Origin: Octopus vulgaris | Lineage: Eukaryota | Direction of reading: 5' to 3' | Length of the DNA stretch: 64,000 nucleotides | NCBI GenBank assembly: GCA_951406725.2 | Contig: OX597829.1 | Coordinates: 22,010,001-22,074,000, forward strand | Shown here: positions 49,988 to 62,328 of the stretch, piece after piece | Position numbering within the stretch: position 1 is the first letter of the stretch | Layout: every line of letters begins with the position of its first letter | Program-made: the position numbers and the translations under genes | Notes under the pieces: generated by a model | What the model saw: only the letters and a program-made list of their open reading frames with translations | What the model was told of the DNA's origin: nothing | The model's database searches: none

Positions 49988-50091
49988 CTGTACTGATTCA
50001 CTATGAAAATTAACAAACTCATTATCAAAAAGTGCTATGACACATTCACTTTTCTTTGCATCTGGTATGAGCATGAATTCATTTGAGATAC
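49988..50091 (-). CDS. Candidate internal exon of an unidentified gene
   Basis: Acceptor TTTTACAACAATATTGCAG, donor CAG|GTAATT, 104 bp. One open frame: (G)ISNEFMLIPDAKKSECVIALFDNEFVNFHSESVQ. Confidence 0.5.
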
Positions 50092-50157
50092 CTGCAATAT
50101 TGTTGTAAAACAAATGTACAAATGGAGAAAAATTGGTAAACTTTCTCCATCCAGAAC

Positions 50158-50481
50158 AGTAGTTCTTAATCACTTTTTACCTGTGGACCTTTTTGATTAC
50201 TATTTTATGCTGGTGGACCCTCACAGCCATTTGATGTTTTAAAAACTAGTTTTATAGATTCTTCTTTCAAAATTCCTATTCAGTTTTTCATACGTTCACT
50301 TGCAATACGTTAGCAAGAAACATATTGAACTATATTAAGCTTTAGAGAAAGAAACCTAGCTGTTTCTTGTAATAAATACATCTGAAGCAATATTTTTTCA
50401 TGGACACTTAAAATAATAATGCAGCTACCTAAATTACTATTTTGTTTGCATATGATGATGGATCCCATGTTGAGAAACACC
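50158..50481. mobile_element. hAT MITE, degraded
   Basis: CAGTAGTTCTTAATC ... GTTGAGAAACACC. Start resembles 3221-3300. Confidence 0.65.
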
Positions 50482-50489
50482 AATCCAGA

Positions 50490-50773
50490 GCTTTTTTTTT
50501 CCTCATCAGCTATTTCATCTGATGATGAAAGAAAGACAGAAAAAGAAATATATTCTTCTTCATCACTATATAAATCTTCCATTTGCAACTTGATTTCTGC
50601 CTTCGATAAAGATCGTTTACGCTTAGTTGCATTTGACAAAATAAACATTCAGAAATCAATTGATGATGGCCATATCCATGTATCCATGTAAAAATTTTTG
50701 AAATATCAATTGATGATGTCCACGCTTTTTAACAAAATAAATCACTTAATGATGTCTGATGTTTAAGAGTTAA
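50490..50773 (-). mobile_element. Possible piggyBac 5' end and transposase N-terminus remnant
   Basis: Ends AAGAG|TTAA. Minus-strand KRKRSLSKAEIKLQMEDLYSDEEE is a basic-then-acidic N-terminus as in piggyBac transposases. Confidence 0.4.
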
Positions 50774-52623
50774 TCTTATTTTGAATTTTAGATTTCAATG
50801 TAGAATGAAGAAATCCAGTCAGAAACAAGTATGTTCTCAATCTATTCCAAAAACACTTTGAAAATCATCCTGTAAGTTGTATAAGTAGGATGTTATCTGA
50901 AATATTTTCATCTGATCCTTGTTACAGCAGTGACATATTTGAAAAATAGTGGTTTCAAATTTTGGCACAAAGCTAAACAGTTTCTGATGAGTGGATAAGT
51001 CAACCCTAAAAGGACAAGAGACAAAGTTGACCTCAGCAGAATTTGAACTCAGAATGTATAGACAGAGGAAATGTTACAAATTCTTTTGCCCCGCATTGTT
51101 TACAATTCTGCCAGCTCACTGACTTATATTTGAAACACATTGAAAATTCTACAACCCAAAGAAGAATTACACAAGTCTGTCTTTACTTGAAATCCTAAAA
51201 TAAGAGTTTGTGCTTGAATTTTTACTAATGTATTTACCTTGACATCACTTCTATATGTCATTAAATTTAAAATAGAATTCAGCTAAGTAACTCATGCTTT
51301 TAGATAGCTGTGGCTCATTACCAAACAATGTGTCTACATTATTAAAGAAACTCCAGTGCTGAATCCAAAACTTTTTAAAATGTTCTATGTTTGAGAAAAC
51401 TCATCTATCTCAGGTGCGGTCCCAGGAATTTTTCAAAGGGAAGGTACAAGGTCAGAAAGGAATACAATTCCAAGAGAAAGGTGCATAATAACATTATTTT
51501 AGAAGGATGCACTTTTTTCTCAAGTTGGGGGGGGGGGGGCACTATAAATAATATCACTTATCCCCCTATACTTCACATTGTATCCTTGCTAATGTCCCTT
51601 GCACTTCCTCCTCCCTAATCCACTCCTATTTCCTCCTTTAACATCCCCTTCACCAAACTGGATCCAACTCAGACCCTATTTCTAATCATCTGTCACACAA
51701 TTTTCACTTAACTACCCACTCACTTATCTGTTCGTGTATTCTCTGTTTGTCTGTCTGTCTGTCTGCCTCTCTCTCTCTCTCTCTCTCTCTTTCATATTCA
51801 TCTTGTGCCTTAACCTTACATCGCTTTCTTTCTCTATCTTTCCAAACAGAGAAGCTATGCAGTCACCTCCTCAACAAGACAACTCCTGACCCTCTATCAT
51901 ACCTTCACATCCCTCCAAACTACATTTCCATTCAGTTGAGAATTCCACTTTATAACCCATCATTGGCTGATTTTGAAGGCTGATTTTGAACTTAGGAATA
52001 TCGTTAAAAACAGTAAATCCTGCCAATTCCCTATGAGAAGAAACCCCTCAACTAAGAAAATTGCAACTGTTATTGGGTGGAGATAAACAATACACACACC
52101 ACCCATTTTCAGCATAACCCTAACCCAGGAGTCGTCAGACTTTTTCAACCATTGACCCCCTTTAGCAACTTCTTCTTCCACATCAAACCCCTTTAGCCAC
52201 TTCTCCTTCCACATCAACCACCCTCCTTGTTTGAAATATCTTAATAGCCTACCTTATCGTACTATATCTTAAATGTATACCAGATACTGATGCTGGCAAT
52301 TAAAACATTAGCTAAAATATACATGTACAACAAATTAAGAAATTCTATTGGAGATGATACACCTTTTACATTTAAAACTACATGTATGAGTATACAGTAT
52401 CAAACTTTCGATATTTTTGAAATTGTTTTCACAGTTAGAAAATGTGAAAAATGCCTCATGTCTTCCTACGTTTAATGGCACTGACTAAGTATTTCAAGCA
52501 GTTCATCTTGGTGAGCAGGTCTTTTGCACACCAACCCCCATTTGATGCCTTGGTTATCATTGACCCACTGTAATTCCTTGCCAAACCCTAGGGGGTCCTT
52601 CAGACCCCCTTTGGCAACCCTTG

Positions 52624-52714
52624 CCCTAACTCTAAACCTAACCCTAAACCTAAACCTAACCCTAACCCTAACCCTAAACCTCACCATAACCCTAAACCTA
52701 ACCCTAACCCTAAA
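52624..52714. repeat. Degenerate interstitial (CCCTAA)n telomere-like array
   Basis: About 15 CCCTAA/ACCTAA units, preceded by hairpin AGGGGGTC-cttca-GACCCCCT (52590-52610). Confidence 0.85.
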
Positions 52715-52764
52715 CGCTGAGAACAGATGGTGTGCATATTCTTTACCTTTGCCCAGTTATTGAA

Positions 52765-53471
52765 AGAATTTAGGAGAAACTTGGAATACTTGTTCATGCA
52801 AGTAAAACCGGAAATATTTACCATCTGGAACCAGAAATATACTTTTCTTTAATTGAAAAACAGAGTTACAAAGGATTATAAAATAATTTCCAAGGTAAAC
52901 TTACTAAACATTAACTTAACTGTGAAAGCCATAGTTGAAGATTAACAAACTGATGATCAAACTGAACCTTACACTCCCAAAACCCCCAGAACTAACTTAA
53001 AGGACCATAGACCTCACTTTAATACCAATCCAAAAGTTAGATTTATTTGCCGATCTAAATATGGTGTTGGTAAGATTAGTAAATTTGTTATTGATAAACA
53101 TTCCTAAGCTTAAACAAAATATTAATTTTTTATCGTTACAGTTCAATTCCTAGGAAGTTATTGATTGGTTCATTAATATTAATGATAAAATGTGTGCTAA
53201 ATTCCTTCAGTCAGATATATTAAATTATTACTTATCCATCAACACTGTACTACTGAATAAGGCCTTAATTTTTGCCATGAAGAATTCAGATTTATCCAAA
53301 CGTGAAGTCAATATAATACTAATGGCTCGGAAAACCATAATTGAATTTGATGGAAAGTATTGGACTAGAATTGATAGACCTGATTATTTCAACATTATTA
53401 TGGGGTCCAGTGATTTGGCTCAAGTAGCCGATTTAGTGGATATTTATATTCTTAATAGAATACAAAAATAG
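52765..53471 (+). mobile_element. Penelope-like element RT N-terminal half (Hydra-clade-like), decayed
   Basis: ILVHASKTGNIY, NLKDHRPHFNTNPKVRFI, GKISK, WFININDK, FLQSDILNYYLSI, ARKT, FNIIMGSSDLAQVADLVDIYIL follow the PLE RT motif order. Confidence 0.8.
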
Positions 53472-53709
53472 CTTTATTTAGATTATATTTATTCTTGACA
53501 TTCCTTTTGTATGTGTTCATTTGCTTAAATATATTCTTAGATTACTTTGAATTTAATTAATTCTGGATCGCTTAGAAAATCGTTGTGTTAACATATATTT
53601 TCAGATATATTAATTTGAATGATATTTTCTGTATGTTGACACAACAGCAAAGATTGTCAGCTTTGGTGCATTAAACAATTTCTTTACCTGTATTTTTGCT
53701 GTTGTATAT

Positions 53710-53750
<41 letters not shown>

Positions 53751-53841
53751 CACACACACACCGTATATATATATATATATATAATCACACACACACCGTA
53801 TATATGCACAATCACACACACCCGTATATATATCTATCTAT

Positions 53842-53885
<44 letters not shown>

Positions 53886-53886
<1 letters not shown>

Positions 53887-54730
53887 GTAGGAAAAGGGAG
53901 GAGGAAAATTTCGACTATCCCCACATGGTGAGTTGTAATGCAAAAAATATGTATATAAAATAAAAGAAGGAAAATACACAGTTTACATTTTTTTATATGT
54001 CTTCTTTAATATGTCTCATAAGTGAAAGTGTATTGTGTTTGTCAACTGATTTCACTTTCGCTAATCCTGATATTGAAATTATTGTAATTTCGTATTTTCT
54101 TATGAAGATTTTAGTCCATGTTCTTGTATAGAAGTTTGTGAATTAACTAATAAGTAAAAAATCTGAGGGGAGGTAATTGGTGATCATTATTATTTGGGAC
54201 AGAGGAGGTAATTGCTGATTTCTTTTTGGTGGGGAGATAAATAAATATACAAAAACTAAAAGGTTAAAGTAGTGAGATGGAAAGGTGCAGAGATGGGTAT
54301 GTGATCACGAATTAAAATATATACTGAGATCAAAGTTGGTTATGCATTCATATCTAGGTGTGTTCTGTATTTTTCGATAAATAAATTTAAACGTCCTTGT
54401 ACAGAAATTGTTTCTTTGCACTGGTAGATGGAGAAAACTGTGAAGTTTGGTTGGATATTATCTGCACATCTCTCTATGTGTTCACTCAAAGGAATCTGTC
54501 TATACTTTGGGAAATGGATCTGTTCCTTATGTAGTGTGGTTTTTCTGTCTAAGTGACATACTTGTCTGTCCTATATAGTTATGTCCACAACCTGAGCAAT
54601 TTATAACATAAATTAGATTCTTGGAAGCACAATTGAAGTTCGTTTTAATTGTGAACCTCTCTCCTTGTTTGAATAGGAATTCTGAGCCTTCCAGTAGGTT
54701 GGAGCATGTTCCGCTGTTTGGACGTCCACA
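53886..54730 (-). mobile_element. Penelope-like element 3' part with GIY-YIG endonuclease (Neptune-like); not in the ORF track
   Basis: Minus strand CGRPNSGTCSNL...FNCASKNLIYVINCSGCGHNYIGQTSMSLRQKTTLHKEQI...LSEHIERC. Stop near 54340. Confidence 0.85.
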
Positions 54731-55754
54731 TCATCCAGGGCTCCCTTCCCATGAACTTCATTTAAAAGTCGGTTGCCCTGTCATCCTCCAACACAGTCTA
54801 AACATACCCACACTATGGAATGGAACTCATCTTGTGGTCAAACAAATGATGGACCCAAATTGTCATGGGACACGGCAAAAGCAATACCGTTCTTATTCTG
54901 AAAATTCTGTCAACCCCAACAGACTGCCCCTTCCATATGCAAATATTTCAGTTCCCTCTCAAACTCAGCTTTGCCATGACAATTAAAGCACAAGGTCAAT
55001 CACTGAAAGTTTCCAGATTGGACCTTCGATCATTGTGCTTTTCACATGGACAGTTTTACATCAGTTGTTCCAGAGCTGGCCATCCAGACAACTTATTAAT
55101 CTATGTCCCTGAAGGAAAAACCAAAAATGTCATCTACAAAGCAGCCCTACAGTAGTTACTCCTCTACTGCAATCTGCACATGTACGCCAAACTGTAGCCA
55201 TTAGCAATCAGACTTCCTACAAGCATTTTATTGATCTTTTGCTTCATTTCCCTAATTGTTGTTAACAGTACATTACCTTCAGTGACCCTTCTTGCTTCAC
55301 GCACGTTGATTGCTCATAAGCATGCTCTGACATTTATTTTTGACATGTCATTATTCTATTTGTGTGTTTGCTATAAATGTTTGCTTTTGTTTATCATACA
55401 TGACTTTCGTTGTAAAAAGCTTCAATGCAGCTGTGTCAGGCATTACAAGTGAAATAACTACATGCTGCAAAATGCTTCAAGTAAGATATAGGATCCCTAA
55501 TGCCTGCTGCAATTGCAATCTCATTTCATGGACTTTCATTTATTACTAACAGCCAAATTTGTGTTCAAAAAATTTATGCATTATCTAGTTTGCTTAACAC
55601 CATATAATAAACTGCTATCGAAATTGGTAATTATACATTTTACGTTTATCAACTTGAAACGACTTCTAACTGCGGGCTAATTCAACTTAAACTGTCCAAA
55701 GGAGTGTGCCATTATAATAAATTACACCATCCAAAGGATAGGTTCATTTTCTAG
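54731..55754 (+). mobile_element. Helitron 3' part: Pif1-like helicase C-terminus and 3' terminus
   Basis: PGLPSHELHLKVGCPVIL..NGT, QFPLKLSFAMTIKAQGQSL, FSHGQFYISCSR, KTKNVIYKAALQ*. Hairpin CCATCC-AAA-GGATAGG followed by CTAG|T. Confidence 0.92.
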
Positions 55755-55788
<34 letters not shown>

Positions 55789-56074
55789 AGCAAATGAGAC
55801 AGATTAATATATCTGTCTAAAAAAAGTATATTAAATTCAAGAAATACAAAATATGCATATATGTATGCATATAAAAATTTCCAACTTACAAAAGATATAT
55901 ATATACATTTTCTCTATCTCTTGTTCTATGTGTTAGTTGTATATGTATTTTTTTTATATGTATTTATATGCATTGATCTATCTAATTTACTTATCCCCTC
56001 GTCTGCTTCTATACTCACTCAAGTTTGAATATTTTGAGAATTGTATTCTATATGGAGAACATCTGGATCTCATC

Positions 56075-56116
<42 letters not shown>

Positions 56117-56230
56117 TACACACATTTATATACATATATAATAGATATGTGTATGTATATATATATTACTCTACCACTGGTATTTGAGTACTCTTTTTTC
56201 CACCTTGTTTCACATTTATGTGTTTACTCC

Positions 56231-56278
<48 letters not shown>

Positions 56279-56585
56279 TGTCATCTCTATCTTGTCTTCC
56301 CTTGTCTCCCTGTCAACTGCATCATCCTTACTATTCATGCAGTTCACTCCTCCCCACATCCCACTTTTCTGCATCCCTCTTTCTTTCCCATCTCTTGGCT
56401 CATTGCTCATCCACCCTTTAAACCTATCCATTTTGTCAGTCTGCCTCCCCAGCCACTCATCTCCTTGCTCTCCCCCACACACTTCCATTGTACAATGTTG
56501 CGAACCAGACACCCAGCCACCCACTTTTGGGGCCACCTGGACACCTCATCACCATTCTCTCTCTCTTCTCATAGATCCCATTGAT

Positions 56586-56895
56586 CATTATATGTTGAAC
56601 AAACCACCCATGTTTCCAGAGGTGAATTATCCAAACCTCCAAGAATTCCTCTCAACACATGGCTATGATGCTCCTCCACTACTTCTGCTTGTGATCAGAG
56701 ATGCATGTATCGTCAACACTAAGGGACATGGTCAACTGGTTAAGGTCAAACAACTGACAAGCAAATCTGTGGTATCGAGCAGAATATTTGCTGTAGCCAT
56801 CTTTTATACCAAGACAAAACAATGTACATGATAACACTTCCAATCAGTTAAGATCAGAAGCCATGAAAGCTACTGTCTGGTACTGCATCAGGGCA
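56586..56895. repeat. Unclassified interspersed repeat (copy 1)
   Basis: Highly similar to 58183-58432; both abut (TTA)n. Confidence 0.85.
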
Positions 56896-56908
56896 GTTGT
56901 TGTTGTTG

Positions 56909-56961
<53 letters not shown>

Positions 56962-57284
56962 CACATACATACATACATACACACATGCACATATACATAC
57001 ATACATACATACATACATACATACATACATACATACATGCATGCATACATGCATGCATACATGCATGCATGCATACATACATACATACATACATACATAC
57101 ATACATACATACATACATACATGTATGTATATATGTATGCATGTATGTATGAATGCATGTGTGGATGGATGTATGAATGTATGCATAAATGTATGTATCA
57201 TAGAGTGTTAAGAATAGCAAGTAACAACACTTAGCTAATTGAAAAAGATATTGTCAGAGTGATGTTGATATTATTGTGTATCAC

Positions 57285-57349
<65 letters not shown>

Positions 57350-57922
57350 TTGTGTGTTTGTGTGTAGCAAGAACAATATGGCTCTCCTGAGAACAATTAA
57401 TGAAAGTTGGCTTTCAAATATTGAAAAGTTAAGCAAACATTATCATTAGGAAGCTGCCAAACTGGAAGGTTCCTGGAAAGCATGGACAATCTGAACTCAG
57501 TGAAAAATGCCAAGTAACACGACAGTATAATACTCCCTTAAACTGCTTAGCAAAATAGCCTGACTAATATCCAGAACACTTGGAGTGATGTGACACCTCT
57601 GTTTATATTTCATGGCTAAAGACAAATGACTGAGTCTAATGTGCTGACAATGGAATAATTGTTTTAATCAGTCATACAAGTAGTATACAGCTGTGGATGG
57701 GGAAAATGGCTGAAAAATAAATAAAATAGATGGTGTTGAGGAAAGAAACTGGTTCACTGGACCATATATTTGAAACAGGATCACATGACCCTAGATCTGG
57801 AAATGGATACATGAGTTTTTATATATATATATAAAAATGAGTAGCAATTGAACACTGAAGTCAATGTAATCAACTCTCCCCAAACTGCTGTCCTTGTGTC
57901 AAAATTTGAAACCATTATTGTG

Positions 57923-58432
57923 TGAGAAAGCAGTGCATGCCATCAAAGTGACACTGGGGTAAAATATACAAAGCCCAGTATACCCATCATGACTACCCGT
58001 CTCATAAGGGTACACCAGGAACATGCATCACAAACATATGTGTGCGAAATGGTGATCTCATATCAAGATAAACAGCACATGATCTTGTTGGTGGGGCCCA
58101 GTTAGAATTTTCTTCTGCTCGAGTAACCCATCCCGCTCAAAAGGTCCCTGAATAAGGGTTGTTTAAGGATGTTGAACGAAACACCCTTGTTTCCAAAGAA
58201 TCCCTCTCAACACATGGCTATGATGCTTCCCCACTACTTCTACTCATGATCAGAGATGCACATATCGTCAGCCACTAAGGGACATGGCCAACTGGTTAAG
58301 GTCAAATATCTGTGGTATTGAGCAGAATATTTGCTGTAGCCCATTTTTTATACCAAGACAAAACAATGTACATGATAGCACTTCCAATCAGTTAAGATCA
58401 GAAGCCACGAGAGCCACTGCCTGGTACTGCAT
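57923..58432. repeat. Unclassified interspersed repeat (copy 2, longer)
   Basis: Shares CTCAACACATGGCTATGATGCT...TGGTACTGCATC with 56586-56895. Confidence 0.85.
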
Positions 58433-58433
58433 C

Positions 58434-58502
<69 letters not shown>

Positions 58503-58588
58503 ATAAAGTACCAGTGAAACACTGGGGTTGATGTAATCAACTAATCACCTCCCCACAAATTTCAGGCCTTGTGCCTCCAGTAGAAAGG

Positions 58589-58630
<42 letters not shown>

Positions 58631-58632
<2 letters not shown>

Positions 58633-59000
58633 TACCTCCACCTTAGCAAAGGCAGAGGTTTGTTTTCAGTCGTGTTTGTTTGATCGTTTATCCATGGACA
58701 AGATATCTCAAGAACAGCTGGATAGATTCAGATGAAACTTTCAGGGATGTTTGGCCTCATGACTGGCACAAACTGATTAGATTTGGGGATTGATCTGGTA
58801 CCAGACAAGGATTCTCAATTACTTTTCCTGTTCTTTTACTTAATTTTTGAGAGCAGTTGGGTTCATTTTTAGCATTCTCGTTTGTGAGAGCAGTTGAGCT
58901 TATTTCAGATATTCTCATTTTAAAAGTCATTTCTGCCTAATTGTTGAGAGGACATTGGTGTTGCTTTGGCAGAGGCCTGTGCTCTCCAAGTGCTCTTGTT
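58631..59000 (+). mobile_element. Non-autonomous Helentron/HINE-like element
   Basis: 5' ATTACCTCCACCTT..AAGGCAGAGGT inverted repeat, short GTTT repeat, 3' subterminal TTGGCAGAGG and terminal hairpin GTGCTC-TCC-AAGTGC, in T-rich flanks. Confidence 0.7.
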
Positions 59001-59282
59001 ATTATTATCTCAACATTACTCAGAACATTACAGTGGCTACAGAACAACTTAACAATGGCCCCAGGAATACAGCATAGAAATTAGGACAACAGATATAAAA
59101 GAAATGGGAACCATCTTCATTGTCATCATCACCAGCAGCAGCATTTAAAGTCTGATTTCTATGCTGGCATGAGTTAGAGCAGCGTTTCTCAACCGGGGTT
59201 CCCCAGAACCCTAGGACTCCACAAAAGGTTCCTCTGGGTTCCACGAGAAAGAGTGAGATAAACTAATGCTAATTTCCTGATC

Positions 59283-59356
<74 letters not shown>

Positions 59357-61215
59357 AATATATGATGGGCTTCTTTCAGTTTCCATCAACAAAATCCACT
59401 CACAAGGCTTTGGTTGACCCAAGGCTACAGTAGAAGACACTTGCCCAAGGTGCCACGCAGTGGAACTGAGCCCAGAACCATGTGGTTGAGAAGTGAGCTT
59501 CTTACCACACAGTCACACATGCTTATATGTTCTTCAAATTTGTTATTGTTGCTACTGTGGAAAGCTGGCAGAAACATTACCCCTCTGGACAAAATGTTTA
59601 GTGACATTTCTTCTGCCTTTATATTCTGAGTTCAAATTTCACCTGTGTCATCTTTGCCTTTTACCCTTTCAGGGTGGATAAAATAAGTATGAGTTGAATA
59701 CAAGGGTCAATATATTTAACTAACCCCATTCCCTGACATTTCAGGTTTCATGCCTATAGTAGAAAGAATATTTGTAGTAGTAGTAGAAGTAGTTATTGCT
59801 TTTTTTATCTGCAAGGTAACTTTGATAAAAAGCAGACTTATGATAAGCATTCCAGATGTAATAATCTCTTTGAAAATATATAAAACTACATTAAATAATA
59901 TAACCATCCTTGTTTAAAGATGATGGAGTTTTGATTTGAGGGTAACTTGGTTGCTATTTCTAGCAGGATGAGTAATCACTTAGAAGCATCCCCACTTGGT
60001 TTATGCTCCTATTTGTTGAAATATATTTGTGATGCAGCTATATTATTATACGGTAAATAACATATATAATCCTTAGCAATACTGTTAGGAATTTTCTTCA
60101 ATGTAATCTCAAAGAACTCAAGTAGCAGAATTCTTATCTAACATTACATAATTCTAAGCTGATATTACATTAAATCTCCTTTCTTTTATATATTGGAACT
60201 CCATAAGCCTTAGACCAAATCTTTCTTTTCAATACAAAGATATTAAAAATGAATCACATTTGAAATGATTCCACCACCGAAAGTAATGGAAATATATGTA
60301 TGAAAGCAACCAAAACAGTATTGAAAGCAATGTTATTGATAATTTTAATATTTTTCCCTCATTAAAGCAAGAACACTCAAGGAGACTAGATGTGTGTCTG
60401 TTTGTGATTATTGACTGAATTTTATTGTGTTCATAGCTGCTGCCATGTCAACGTCACCACCACTGCCACCTCCACCCACCACAGCTGCTGCCAATACCAC
60501 CACTGCCACTACCGTCACCACCACCACCGCCACTACCATTTTACTTCCATTTTCCCATGTTCACATGGGTTAGACAGGTATACTCCAGAATGGTACCTTA
60601 CCACTTTTAGGGTCCATTTGCTTTATTCTTTGTGAGGTTCAGATCTCCAGTTAGAGCAATGTCCCAGCTGAAGCCTCAATCTAACTTCAGATTTGGTATG
60701 TCACTTGCAGCAAGATGCCTCATAAAAAACATCCAGTTGTCCCTTACATTATTACTCTCCATCTCTGGTCCATTGTCATCATGCAGGTCAGCTAATACTT
60801 CTATGAGCCTACGTTATTTTTGACTCAGCAATTTTTTGTCGTTTCCCAAACCTTCTATCTCCATTTTGTTTTATGTCACTGAGTCTATCCTTAGATAGCT
60901 GATCACAAGTCTATGTTCTTCCCCAGGTAAAGACTAAGCATTCACAATCTGTGGCCTGGTGCTCCATCCCATTCCCTCGTGCATATATAATCTATCTGCC
61001 TTGAGTTGTAGGTGATTAGACAGGTGGCAAGTTTCCTGGGTTTAGTTTAGTTTCGTTGGTAGTTAAGTCATTTATGTCACAGAACACCAAGATTCCAAGA
61101 AATTAAATTATTTTGTGGTTGAGTGATAAGAAGCTTGCTTCTTAACTACATGGTTCTGAGTTCAATGGTCCCTCTCTGACTGGTCATAACAAACAACTTT
61201 CTATATATATATATA

Positions 61216-61604
61216 TTAGCAGTATCGCCCGGCATTGCTCGGGTTTGTAAGGGAAATAACTATATAAGCATTTTTAGAGAGTTATAGCCAAAAAATAGCC
61301 AAAAAATGCATTAAAAATGGAAAAAAATTATGGTAAATTTTTTTTTAAATCGTTGACTCATCGTAGACATTTTTAGAGAGTTACTTCCCTTATATAATAG
61401 CGAAAAAATGCATTAAAATGGAAAAAAATTTTGGTAAATTTTTTTTAAAATCATAGACTCATCATAGACGCACGCTAATACCCAGAAGGGCTCGATATGA
61501 ATCACGACTATAAGATAAACTGGTTAAACTGCACCGCAAAATGTGGGAGTAGTTAGGAATCTAAATCGTAGGAGACAGACACACAACCTTACTTTTATAT
61601 ATAA

Positions 61605-61607
<3 letters not shown>
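61216..61607 (-). mobile_element. Non-autonomous Helitron (392 bp)
   Basis: Minus strand A|TCTTTATATATAAAAG ... CCCGAGCAATGCCGGG hairpin ... CTAA|T, inserted in a (TA)n tract, with an internal ~100-bp tandem duplication. Confidence 0.88.
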
Positions 61608-61644
<37 letters not shown>

Positions 61645-61741
61645 TAGCATGGGTTGGACGTATATATATATATATATATATATATTTTCTGTACTTGTTT
61701 CAGTCATTTGACTGCGGCCATGCTGGAGCACTGCCTTTTAG

Positions 61742-62318
61742 AGTGGTGAAAGAGTACAGCAGGGATCACCACCTCCTGCCGGAGCCTCGTGGAGCTTTTA
61801 GGTGTTTTCGCTCAATAAACACACACAACGCCCGGTCTGGGAATCGAAACCGCGATCCTCCGACCGCAAGTTCGCTGCCCTAACCACTAGGCCATTGCGC
61901 CTCCACATATATATATATATATTTCTGTCTTTTACTTGTTTCAGTCATTTCAGTATGGCCATACTGGAGCACTGCCTTTAGTCGAGCAAATCTCCCCCAG
62001 GACTTATTCTTTGTAAGCCTAGTATTAATTCGATTGGTCTCTTTTGCCAAACCGCTAAGTTACTAGGGCATAAACACACCACCATCAGTTGTCAAGCAAT
62101 GTTGTGGGGGACAAACACAGACACGCAAACATACACACACACACATATACATATATACGACGAGCTTCTTTCAGTTTCCGTCTACCAAATCCACTCACAA
62201 GGGTTTGGTTAACCTCAAGCTATAGTAGAAGATACTTGCCTAAGGTGCCACGCAGTAGGACTGAGCCTGGAACCATGTGGTTCGTAAGCAAGCTACTTAC
62301 CACACAGCCACTCCTACT
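61742..62318 (-). mobile_element. Family-C SINE head (61742-61907) and family-A SINE (61925-62318)
   Basis: Minus strand GTGGAGGCGCAATGGCCTAGTGGTTAGGGC...GGTTTCGATTCCC tRNA-like head, plus a full family-A copy. Confidence 0.88.
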
Positions 62319-62328
62319 ATATATATAT

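Noticed and set aside
52435-52510. Plus-strand AG..GTGAGC segment with MPHVFLRLMALTKYFKQFIL
   Set aside because: No partner exon or recognisable homology; expected by chance in 64 kb.
54621-55155. Host PIF1 helicase gene
   Set aside because: Intronless, frameshifted, and followed by a Helitron hairpin and CTAG end.
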